From: Dendrobates tinctorius
Taxonomy: Eukaryota
Reading direction: 5' to 3'
NCBI RefSeq assembly: GCF_039654945.1
Contig: NW_027362103.1
Coordinates: 744,001-808,000 of the forward strand
DNA: 64,000 nt
Part shown: positions 26,101 through 37,166 of the stretch, one piece after another
How the letters are laid out: every line of letters starts with the position of its first letter
Numbering within the stretch: the first letter of the stretch is position 1
Notes under the pieces: model-generated
Databases searched by the model: none
What the model was told of the DNA's origin: nothing
Seen by the model: the letters and a program-made list of their open reading frames with translations, nothing else
Translations under genes and position numbers: made by a program

Positions 26101-28860
26101 GTGTACGCAGGGTCCTGCAGGTATGAAGTAGCGGTGTACACAGCGTCATGCTGGAATGATGTGGCGGTGTACGCAGGGTCCTGCAGGTATGAAATGGCGG
26201 TGTACGCAGCGTCCTGCCGGTATGATGTGGAGGTGTATGCAGCGTCCTGCCCGTATGATGTGGAGGTGTACGCAGCGTCCTGCAGGTATGATGTGGCGGT
26301 GTATGCAGCGCTCTGCCGGTATGATGTGGAGGTGTATGTAGCCTCCCGCCGGTATGATGTGGAGGTGTATGTAGGGTCCTGCCGGTATGATGTGGAGGTG
26401 TATGCAGCGTCCTGCCGGTATGATGTGGAGGTGTATGCAGCGTCCTGCCGGTATGATGTGGAGGTGTATGTAGCATCCTGCAGGTATGATGTGGCGGTGT
26501 ACGTAGCGTCCTGCCCATATGATGTGGCGGTGTACGCAGCGTCCTGCCGGTATGATGTGGCGGTGTATGCAGCGTCCTGCAGGTATGATGTGGCGGTGTA
26601 TGTAGCATCCTGCAGGTATGATGTGGCGGTGTACGTAGCGTCCTGCCCATATGATGTGGAGGTGTATGTAGCGTCCTGCCGGTATGATGTGGCGGTGTAT
26701 GCAGCGTCCTGCAGGTAATGTAGCGGTGTACGCAGGGTCCTGCAGGTATGATGTGGCGGTGTATGCAGCGTCCTGCCGGTATGATGTGGCTGTCTATGCA
26801 GCGTCCTGCCGGTAATGCAGCAGAGGACGCAGCGCCCTGTCGGTATGATGTGGAAGTGTATGTAGCGTCCTGCAGGTAATGTAGCGGTGTACGCAGGGTC
26901 CTGCAGGTAATGTAGCGGTGTACGCAGGGTCCTGCAGGTATGAAGTAGCGGTGTACACAGCGTCATGCTGGAATGATGTGGCGGTGTACGCAGGGTCCTG
27001 CAGGTATGAAATGGCGGTGTACGCAGCGTCCTGCCGGTATGATGTGGAGGTGTATGCAGCGTCCTGCCCGTATGATGTGGAGGTGTACGCAGCGTCCTGC
27101 AGGTATGATGTGGCAGTGTATGCAGCGCTCTGCCGGTATGATGTGGAGGTGTATGTAGCCTCCCGCCGGTATGATGTGGAGGTGTATGTAGGGTCCTGCC
27201 GGTATGATGTGGAGGTGTATGCAGCGTCCTGCCGGTATGATGTGGAGGTGTATGCAGCGTCCTGCCTGTATGATGTGGAGGTGTATGTAGGGTCCTGCCC
27301 GTATGATGTGGCGGTGTATGTAGCTTCCCGCCGGTATGATGTGGCGGTGTATGCAGCGTCCTGCCGGTATGATGTGGAGGTGTATGCAGCTTCCTGCCGG
27401 TATGATGTGGAGGTGTATGCAGCGTCCTGTCGGTAATGCAGCAGAGGACGCAGCGTCCTGCCTGTATGATGTGGAGGTGTATGTAGGGTCCTGCCCGTAT
27501 GATGTGGCGGTGTATGTAGCGTCCCGCCGGTATGATGTGGCGGTGTATGCAGCGTCCTGCCGGTATGATGTGGCGGTGTATGCAGCGTCCTGCCGGTATG
27601 ATGTGGAGGTGTATGCAGCGTCCTGCCGGTATGATGTGGAGGTGTATGCAGCGTCCTGCCGGTATGATGTGGAGGTGTATGTAGCGTCCTGCCGGTATGA
27701 TGTGGCTGTGTACGCAGCGTCCTGCTGGTATGATGTGGAGGTGTATGCAGCGTCCTGCTGGTATGATGTGGAGGTGTATGCAGCGTCCTGCCGGTATGAT
27801 GTGGAGGTGTATGTAGGGTCCTGCCAGTATGATGTGGCTGTGTATGCAGCGTCCTGCCGGTAATGCAGCGTCCTGTTGGTATGATGTGGAGGTGTATGTA
27901 GCGTTCTGCCGGTATGATGAGGAGGTGTATGTAGCGTCCTGCAGGTAATATAGCGGTGTACGCAGGGTCCTGCAGGTATGATGTGGAGGTGTACGCAGCG
28001 TCCTTTCAGTATGATGTGGCGGTGTACGTAGCGTCCTGCCCATATGATGCGGCGGTGTATGCAGCGTCCTGCAGGTAATGTAGCGGTGTACGCAGCGTCC
28101 TGCCGGTATGATGTGGAGGTGTATGTAGGGTCCTGCCGGTATGATGTGGCTGTCTATGCAGCGTCCTGCCGGTAATGCAGCAGAGGACGCAGCGCCCTGC
28201 CGGTATGAAGTGGAGGTGTATGTAGCGTCCTGCAGGTAATGTAGTGGTGTACGCAGGGTCCTGCAGGTAATTTAGCGGTGTACGCAGGGTCCTGCAGGTA
28301 TGATGTAGTGGTGTACGCAGCGTCATGCTGGAATGATGTGGCGGTGAATGCAGCGTCCTGCAGGTAATGTAGCGGTGTACGCAGCGTCCTGCCGGTATGA
28401 TGTGGAGGTGTATGTAGGGTCCTGCCGGTATGATGTGGCTGTCTATGCAGCGTCCTGCCGGTAATGCAGCAGAGGACGCAGCGCCCTACAGGTAATGTAG
28501 CGGTGTACGCAGGGTCCTGCAGGTATGATGTTGCGATGTAGCAGTGTACGCAGGGTCCTGCTGGTATGATGTGGTGGTGTACGCAGGGTCCTGCTGGTAT
28601 GATGTGGCAGTGTACGAAGGGTCCTGCAGGTATGATGTGGTGGTGTACGCAGCGTCCTGCCGGTAATGCAGCAGAGGACGCAGCGTCCTGCCGGTATGTT
28701 GTGGAGGTGTATGTAGCGTCCTGCAGGTAATGTAGCGGTGTATGCAGCATCCTTCCGGTATGATGTGGCTGTCTATGCAGCGTCCTGCAGGTAATGTAGC
28801 GGTGTACGCAGGGTCCTGCCGGTATGATGTGGCTGTCTATGCAGCGTCCTGCCGGTAATG

Positions 28861-29881
28861 ATGTATGATGTAATGATGTATGGTATATATATTGTTTGTT
28901 ATAACCCTTATAGAATTGGAATATGTTAGGTCACTCTATATTCCTATAACTTTTGTTATCAAACCATTATCATCTATATATTTTGTAAATTAATTTAATT
29001 TGATGTCTGGTAACAATTTATAAATTTCTATATAAATATATTGACGTTTAGTACGTTTGCTATTTGGTATGTCCCCATCTTAGACGGCCGCATATTGCTT
29101 ATGGTCACCTGCGCATGCGCGGTGACCTTATCCACCTATGCTAATGGATATTTATCCAAAATGCCTAATATAGCCACTATGTGATTTATCAGATATTTGT
29201 AGATATTTGGCGCTTGTTTTGGTTAAATATAATGTTTGATATCATGTTTCCTTGCTTGCCATCTACTATGCCCCCATTCAAGATGGCCGCGATCATTTCG
29301 TGGCCGTCTGCGCATGCGCGGGTGACGCGCGCCTAGCTCCACCCCCATCCGCCCGTGGTCTGGCGTCTGACGTCTGACGTCACGGGGCCCCGTGTATTGT
29401 CGGCGCCAGCCCGGATGTGTTGGTGGGTTGGTGGTCGGTCGCTCCCCTGATTGGCACCCATACTTATTTGGACCCCTATTTATAGTACACCCGGTGGCCT
29501 TTTATGACACACCCCCAGAGTAAGGAAGCGGTGTTGCTTCCGAAACGTACGTTGGGCTGTTTTCCTTGCGCCAGTGGTCCAGTGCTCCCTAGGTATGAGT
29601 ATTATGCCTATACTTTGATTTTCCATAAACCCCTCCTTTCTGGGTTGCCTGACGGTCTGGGGATTTTACCCTTTACTTCATTATGACTAGTCGGCTTGTG
29701 TATACTAGATATGGAGATATATTTTACCATATTGATATACCCTAGGGATCCTTTGTACCTCTGTGCGTTTTTCTTGTGTCACTTCTGTCATGCCAATTTT
29801 TATCTGTGTCTTCAATAAAGATTCATATTATTTCTATTTATCTTGGATGTTTATGCACTGTTTTTTCGGTTGCTTCTTTAT
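28861..29881 (+). mobile_element. ~1-kb non-coding insertion, probable solo Penelope pLTR-type element
   Basis: 15-bp flanking duplication GTCCTGCCGGTAATG (28846-28860 / 29882-29896); AT-rich head, ATTGG and TATA-like boxes, hammerhead-like motif, AATAAA near the 3' end. Confidence 0.7.
29513..29556 (+). ncRNA. Degenerate hammerhead-like motif
   Basis: CCC-CAGAGTA-A-GGAAGC(GGTGTT)GCTTCC-GAAA-CGTACG-TT-GGG: stems intact, CUGANGA box carries two mismatches. Confidence 0.65.
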
Positions 29882-31420
29882 GTCCTGCCGGTAATGCAGC
29901 AGAGGACACAGCGCCCTGTCGGTATGATGTGGAGGTGTATGTAGCGTCCTGCAGGTAATGTAGCGGTGTACGCAGGGTCCTGCAGGTAATGTAGCGGTGT
30001 ACGCAGGGTCCTGCAGGTATGATGTAGCGGTGTACACAGCGTCATGCTGGAATGATGTGGCGGTGTATGCGGCGTCCTGCAGGTAATGTAGCGGTGTACG
30101 CAGGGTCCTGCAGGTATGATATGGCAGTGTACGCAGCGTCCTGCAGGTATGATGTGGCGGTGTATGCAGCGTCCTGCCGGTATGAAGTGGAGGTGTATGC
30201 AGCGTCCTGTCGGTATGATGTGGAGGTGTATGTAGCGTCCTGCAGGTAATGTAGTGGTGTACGCAGGGTCCTGCAGGTAATTTAGCGGTGTACGCAGGGT
30301 CCTGCAGGTATGATGTTGTGGTGTACGCAGCGTCATGCTGGAATGATGTGGCGGTGAATGCAGGGTCCTGCAGGTAATTTAGCGGTGTACGCAGGGTCCT
30401 GCAGGTATGATGTTGTGGTGTACGCAGCGTCATGCTGGAATGATGTGGCGGTGAATGCAGGGTCCTGCAGGTAATGTAGAGGTGTATGCAGGGTCCTGCA
30501 GGTATGATGTTGCGATGTAGCAGTGTACGCAGGGTCCTGCAGGTATGATGTTGCGATGTAGCAGTGTACGCAGGGTCCTGCCGGTATGATGTGGTGGTGT
30601 ACGCAGGGTCCTGCTGGTATGATGTTGAGGTGTATGTAGCGTCCTGTCGGTATTATGTGGCAGTGTACGAAGGGTCCTGCCGGTATGATGCGGTGGTGTA
30701 CGCAGGGTCCTGCCAGTATGATGTGGTAATGTATGCAGGGTCCTGCCGGTATGATGTGGCGGTGTACGAAGGGTCCTGCAGGTATGATGTGGTGGTGTAT
30801 GCAGCGTCCTGCCCGTATGATGTGGAGGAGTACGCAGCGTCCTGTCGGTATGATGTGGATGTGTATGCAGCGTCCTGCAGGTATGATGTGGCGGTGTACG
30901 CAGCGTCCTGCCGGTATGATGTGGTGGTGTACGCAGCATCCTGCCGGTATGATGTGGTGGTGTACGCAGCATCCTGCCAGTATGATGTGGTGGTGTACGC
31001 ATCAATGTTTCCATTCAGTGACAGTAAGCAGAGGACGACGAGCAGTCTGGATCTTACGTAAACCTAAGGCCAGACAGGAGACTGCTAAAGGTAAATGTAA
31101 AGCAATCATCCTATCAATCCATTGTTCTTCCAGCCTAGGCCCATTGTGTGGATGGAGATGGTAGACCCAGGGTCCTGCCGGTATGATGTGGCGGTGTACG
31201 CAGGGTCCTGCCGGTATGATGTGGTGGTGTACGCAGCGACCTGCCAGTATGATGTGGCGGTGTACGCAGGGTTCTGCTGGTATGATGTGGCGGTGTACGC
31301 AGGGTCCTGCCAGTATGTCACGCAGCGTCTAGTTTCCATGGTTTGGCAGTACATACAATGTCCTGGTCACGACACGGCGTGATATACAGTGTCACATTAT
31401 TGTGGCCGTCATTCACCCAC

Positions 31421-31562
31421 CTGCAGGGCGCTCACTCCTCCTTCCAACCCTGTCCCTGTTCCAAAAGGAATCATGGGGAGGTTGTGTGTATAACAAAGCT
31501 TTGCCACCTTGCTGACGTGCTCCGTGCTCTGTGGCCAGATGACAACATCAGGAGGCTGACAG
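31421..31562 (-). CDS. LDHD: LDHD exon 3 ([47 protein letters not shown])
   Basis: ctctcttttcag| acceptor, CAG|GTGGGT donor, 142 nt; FAD-binding PP-loop. Not called in the ORF track, translated by hand. Confidence 0.96.
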
Positions 31563-32085
31563 CTGAAAAGAGAGAGGATCAGAGAGAAGGGATCAGAGAT
31601 TGTGAGCGATACATGGATTTTTGTGAATACTCACCGTAAAATCCTTTTCTCCGAGACGCTCATTGGGGGACACAGATATTGTGGGTGTATGCTTCTGCCG
31701 CTAGGAGGCTGACACTAAGTGAAAAAAAGAGGTTAGCTCCTCCTCCGCAGTATACACCCTCGCCCCTATTGCGGGCGGAAATCAGTTGGGTGCCAAAGCA
31801 GTAGGAGGACAACAAAATCAACCTTAATACAGGTACATCATGTCTAAAACACCACCCTTATATCAAATAAGTAAACACATTCATTTAAACAAGAGCCAAC
31901 TGGCTAATAGGGTGGGTGCTGTGTCCCCCAATGAACGTCTCGGAGAAAAGGATTTTACGGTGAGTACTCACAAAAATCCATGTTTCTCCTTCGTCTCATT
32001 GGGGGACACAGATACTGTGGGACGTCCTAAAGCAGTCCCTGGGTGGGAGATTGACTCACCGATCCAAGCTACATTCACCTCCTGT

Positions 32086-33060
32086 TTAAAGGTGCGCCAC
32101 CGTTGCTTGGAAAATCCTTCTACCCCGGCTTGCATCCGCCGAGGCCTGAGCAGGGATATTATGTTTGGCAAATGTGTGCAGGCTGGACCAGGTTGCTGCC
32201 TTGCAAACCTGTTCCGTCGAAGCCTGATGCCGAAGCGCCCAAGAGGCGCCCACTGCCCGAGTAGAGTGCGCTCTGATCCCTGCTGGAATCGGCGTGCCTC
32301 TAATGCAGTAGGACTCCTGAATAGTCAAACGAATCCATCTGGCTATGATCGACTCTGATGCAGCGAGTCCCTTCCTGCGTTCTTCAGGGAGCACGAACAA
32401 CGTGTCCGTCTGAGGAAAGGGTGCCATCCGTGACACGTACCTCCGGAGGGCTCTTACCAGGTCTAACGTGTGAAGAGCCTTCTTCCACACGGTGCACCGG
32501 TGCTGGAAAAAATGAAGGCAAAACAACATCTTCATTGATGTGAAAAAGAGGACACGACCTTCGCAGAAAAAGAGGGGCTGGTCTGAGGACCACCTTATAC
32601 CTATGGAAAGTGAGGAATGGAGCTCGGCAGGATAGAGCCGCCAGCTCTGAAAAACCCGCCTGATGGAAGTGATGGCCACTAGGGGATCAACTTTCCCAGG
32701 AAAGGTATCCTGAAACAGTTCCAATGGAGCTTCCTGCAAAACGCTTAAAACCATGTTAAGAACCCAGGCGTCCATCGGCGCCATATAGGGAGGTATCAAG
32801 TGGAACACTCCCCGATGAAAAGTTTTCACCTGAAAATTGGCAGTAACTCTGCACTGGAACAAGACGGATAAGGCCGACATTTGTCTCCTGCGGAAACCTG
32901 GGGCAAGGCCCGAGTCTAATGCTCTAACGACTGAGCTATCCGGGCTCTCTGAGCCCGACTGGAGAAAAACCAAGATGTTGGAGATCGAGAATCTTAGCAG
33001 AGAAACACCGCGCCTCGACATCAAGCAAAGAACACCTTCCAGGTGTGGTGGTAAATTCAT
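32086..33060 (-). pseudogene. DIRS tyrosine recombinase remnant
   Basis: VAITSIRRV, LHTLDLVRAL, IARWIR, RAHSTRAVGASWA and CKAATWSSLHTFAKH motifs; frameshifted. Confidence 0.88.
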
Positions 33061-34150
33061 GCTGAAGCAGGCCTCCGGGCGCTAATCGTTGTAGCGACCA
33101 CCTTGCTCCCGAACCCTGCCTGGGTTAGAATCCGAGATTCAACGGCCCTGCCGTCAAACACAGGGTCCCTGAGTTCGGGTGGCAAATTGGCCCTTGAGAC
33201 GGTAGATCTGGACGCTCTAGCAGGCGCCCAGGAACGTCGGCGAGCAGCTGCCTTAGATCTACGTACCACGCTCGACGGGGCCAGTCTGGGGCCAGCAGAA
33301 TCGCCGGCCCCCCTTCCGTCTTGATCCCTTTGCTGAATCTCGGGAGTAGTGGCAGTGGGGGAAATAGATATGGGAGGCGAAAACTGGTTCCATGGCAGAA
33401 CCAACGTGTCCCCCGCGAATGCCTGCGGGTCTCTGGCCCGAGAGACATATGTGGGCACCTTGGCATTCACTCTGGAAACTGTCAGGTCCACATCCGGAGC
33501 TCCCCACAGTTGACAAATCTGTTGAAGAACTTCGGGATGTAGAGACCACTCTCCGGATGCAAGACCCTGCCGGCTGAGGAAGTCTGCCGCCCAATTTCCC
33601 ACTCACGGGAAGTGGACGGCCGAAATCACCGAGTGGTTTGCTTCGGCCCACTGAAGAACATGCTCCACCTCGCGCATGATTGTTCTGCTGCGGGTGCCCT
33701 CCTGACGAATTATGTACACCACCGCCGTGGCGATGTCCGATAGAATCCGGACAGGACGGCCTGCTAGCAAGTGATGAAACCTCTGCAGAGCCAGCCGAAT
33801 TGCTCGTATCCCCCACTAAGTTGATCGGGAGGCGTGCCTCCTGTGGCGACCACCGTTTCTGGGTTGTGTGGTGGCGAAACACCGCTCCCCAACCGAGGAG
33901 CCTGACGTCAATTGTCATTATCAGCCCATGACATAGGCCAGAGAGGAACTGGTTATCCACCATCCGAGCGACTGCCTGACTTGAGAGGCCAGTTTGCACC
34001 GCCGATCGAGCGTGAACGGATTCTTGACCCAGGCTGACACGAGGCGTGCTGCAGAGGATGAAGGATGGAACTGGACGAAAGGTATCGCTTTGATTGCTGC
34101 CACCATTTTCCCAAGGATCCTTATCGCGGATCGGATGGTATGAGGGACTG
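33057..34150 (-). pseudogene. DIRS RNase H and adenine-methyltransferase-like domain remnant
   Basis: DVRLLGWGA, NWAADFLSR, EWSLHPEV...WGAPDVDL, YLFPPLPLL and ILLAPDWPRRAWY motifs across frames. Confidence 0.8.
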
Positions 34151-34159
34151 GTTAGTAAA

Positions 34160-34442
34160 AACTCAAAGACAAAGAGCGCAATAGGGTCTTACCCGAGAAA
34201 ATAAGAATGTAAAGTAATTCGTTATACTCACCCTATGTAGGAGAGTATCAGACATGAAGGAACAAGGTCAGCTTGCTGCACATCCAAATGACCACGCCGT
34301 GGCCATAAATCATCAGATTCAAGGAAAAGAACTTTTATGGATTAAGCGTGCGCTGCCAGACCATCACTCCTCACAAGTAGTGTGCTTTATACATTTATTC
34401 CCAACGCGTTTCAAAGTTAAAAACTTCTTCCTCAGGGGATCC
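34160..34442 (-). mobile_element. Penelope pLTR-like fragment inside the DIRS element
   Basis: ~280-bp non-DIRS segment that begins with a hammerhead motif and sits where the DIRS RT core is missing; boundaries approximate. Confidence 0.65.
34399..34439 (-). ncRNA. Minimal type I hammerhead ribozyme
   Basis: Reverse complement TCCC-CTGAGGA-A-GAAGTT(TTT)AACTTT-GAAA-CGCG-TT-GGGA: intact core, stem I TCCC/GGGA, stem II with a G-U closing pair, palindromic stem III. Confidence 0.85.
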
Positions 34443-34472
34443 TTGCTGGTGTCGTCTGGTAAAGACCTCGCA

Positions 34473-35990
34473 TCATTTGGCCGATGATCGGTAGGACCTA
34501 GGTCCTCTCGATCTGGCCTCTTGAGCACGCATTCTCCCCAATGGGTTGGCTCTATATGACCTGCCGCTCCCTATCCTGGTTGGGGCGGCCTGAGGTGGTG
34601 GAATTGGGCCCCGTAGTCCACCCGGAGTCTTACAACACATGACCCTAGACCGTCTCCTATTCGGGTCCTGGACCAGGCTCAGGCTACTTACCGTCCGCCA
34701 CCTGACCACTGCCGTCACGCCCGGCCTAGAATGGCCGGTGGCACTGCGAAAGGCCCGAAAACGTGCCTGAACCGGGTGACCTGTTGGGGGAGAAACCCGC
34801 TCCTTCCTCCTGTGGAGTCGGAGATAAGTTGATCCAAAAATAGGCGGCCGCACTGATCAGGCAGGGAAGCCAAGGACTTCTTGGAAGTAGAATCGGCCCG
34901 CCATGTCCTCAACCATAGGGCTCTTGAGATAGAGATTGCGTTAGCGGCAGCAAATGCTGAACAATTGGCCGCATCCAAAAACGCATTCATTACATAATCT
35001 CCGGCTATCGTCATCTGACCTGTGACCTCCGAGATCTCTGCAGGTAGATCCTGCTCCTGAGCGACTTTGTTTAATGTTTCTGATATCATAGCCCTGGCTG
35101 CGAACGAGGGAGTGAGTGCAGACCCTGACGCCTCATATACTGAACGAGCTAGGCTCTCAATAAGGCAGTCCGTGGGATCTTTAATCGAGGAAACCCTAGG
35201 GACAGATAACAGGGCCTTAGTGGCCAGGCGCGAAACCGGAGGATCCACTATCGAGGATTCCATCCATTTTTTACGGAGGTCCGGAGCAAACGGATAACGC
35301 GTTTTGAGTGCCCATTAACCCGAGAAAAACGCCTTTTTGGACGTTCTCTGCGTCGCTGTGCTATGTCCTCAAACTCAGGGTGAGAGGAAAAAATTCTGTG
35401 CGGCTGCTTCACTCGTTTACATGCCCTTTATGCTCCGTAGCCGCTGCGGTATCATCCTCAATCCCCAGGGTCTGATTGATGCTTCTATGCGGCTGTCCAC
35501 CGTTTTACGTGACTCTGGAGTGTCCAGGTCAATGGGCTCGTCTGAGTCGCAATCTGAGGTCTGCTCGCTATCAACCACTGATGACGGGGAGCGAGAAGCA
35601 GATCTTACGGATGCCAAAGGGCACCGGATGGACTGGGCGACACCGTGTGGATTTGTTTCCCCCGGGTCTGCCTGGAGTGAGGGCGGCCCTTGCAGGCCGG
35701 AGGCTCCTATGAGGTGGATGTTCCCTCTAAAGGCGGCGACACTGTCCCTGCCCCTATCTGGGGCCTGAAGGGATTCTTTTGCTCTCATAAGCGACACCAT
35801 GTACTGTGACAGTGATCGGGCCCACTCCGGGGGATTTGACACATTGGTCGCGGTCGCAGGGGAGGGCTCCTGGGCGCGTTTGGATTCGCAGGCTTCGCAT
35901 AAACGCTGCTCTGCGCCCGCGGAAACGCAGTTCAACAAGAGATGCATGCCGCGTAAAAGAACGTGTGCGTCTTTGCCTTTTTTCGGACAT
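34473..35990 (-). pseudogene. DIRS ORF1 (gag-like) remnant
   Basis: N-terminal Cys cluster (LCEAC); VDPPVSRL, KDPTD..IE and RALWLRTWRADSTSKKSLASLP are typical of vertebrate DIRS ORF1. Confidence 0.75.
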
Positions 35991-36668
35991 GGTGTATCTG
36001 TCTGCTGCTGGGGATATGGGGAAGAGGTAGCTCCTCATTTTTCCCTAGCATGGCCTCTCGGGCAGCACTTACCCCAGTCCTGCGCCCCCCCGACCTGGAT
36101 GCTTACTTTAAATCGTGCGCCGAAGTCGGGCCCTCGATTTTTTTTTTTTTTTTTTTCGCCGCCGAGTGCGGGGCGGGCTGCCGGAAGTGACACGCGGCCC
36201 CGAGGGCGGAACTTCCGGCCGCGGCCTAGCTCCGGCCGAAGCCGCGGCCTCAATTTTTCCCCTACCCGACTGGGGTGGGGGTGGGGGCGCGGTACCAAAA
36301 AATGGCGCTACTGACCGGAGCAGCGTTCCTGTCCTGGCGGATCCAGTCCTTCTCCTGTATGCTAGTGGACGCCGCCTTCTGCGGCTGTGGGCTCCAGCCC
36401 AAAATCTTCGCAGGAGCCCTCCCCGACCCTCTCCTCACCGATGATCCTCTTCAGCCTTAGCGCAGGTATGTGAGGGGGTCTTTGATAAAAAACAGGACGG
36501 TGCAGGCACCCTAGCTCCATCTAACCCCTTCAGGGGGTGAGGAGCGGGACCGTCCGCCACCTTGCAGCACCGCCGTCTAGCGTTGGTGGAGCAGTTGGGG
36601 CCGCACAGACTAGTCTTGTGCCTCTGTGCAAGCCCATGGTTTCAATACCTAAGGGTGGACAGGGCTGA

Positions 36669-37166
36669 GGCTGGTTTCACATTAGCGCATTTTCAGCGCG
36701 CGCACGGCCGGGGGTAGCTCCGCCCCCGAGCCGGCTCTCTGCCCGGCGTGCCCGCCCCTTCCTTGTAGCGCCGCCTCCTAGCGGACAGCGGCGCCTGCGA
36801 TCGGCGCACCCTATCTTTAGCATAGGGTGCGCCGATCGTGCGCAGGCCGTGCGCTAGTTGCGCTTTGACCTGCGCTGCGCACTTTTGACGGTACGCCGTG
36901 CGCGCCAAAATCCGAAAAGTTTGATTTTGGCGCGCACGGCGCACCGTCAAAAGTGCGCAGCGCAGGTCAAAGCGCAACTAGCGCACGGCCTGCGCACGAT
37001 CGGCGCACCCTATGCTAAAGATAGGGTGCGCCGATCGCAGGCGCCGCTGTCCGCTAGGAGGCGGCGCTACAAGGAAGGGGCGGGCACGCCGGGCAGAGAG
37101 CCGGATCGGGGGCGGAGCTACCCCCGGCCGTGCGCGCGCTGAAAATGCGCTAATGTGAAACCAGCC
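36669..37166. mobile_element. Fold-back MITE (PIF/Harbinger-Tourist-like), 498-bp palindrome
   Basis: Two 244-bp arms with a 10-nt spacer; termini GGCTGGTTTCACA...TGTGAAACCAGCC; flanked by TGA/TAA (TWA-type 3-bp TSD, one mismatch). Confidence 0.85.

Larger units (their letters stand above)
17175..31320. repeat. 33-bp minisatellite filling most of intron 3 (~13 kb), with higher-order duplications
   Basis: Unit GTATGATGTGGAGGTGTATGTAGCGTCCTGCCC with 24/30/31-bp variants; interrupted at 28861-29881 and ~31005-31160. Confidence 0.96.

Noticed and set aside
16904-28750. Giant ORFs up to 2602 aa ([11 protein letters not shown] / [10 protein letters not shown] repeats)
   Set aside because: Translation of the 33-bp minisatellite on both strands; only the LDHD exon 4 portion is real.
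33057-33602. Bacterial-type methyltransferase or integrase acquired by horizontal transfer
   Set aside because: Methyltransferase-like and tyrosine recombinase domains are standard components of DIRS1 retrotransposons.
36693-37142. Mirror-image 94-aa ORFs on both strands
   Set aside because: A direct consequence of the palindromic MITE.
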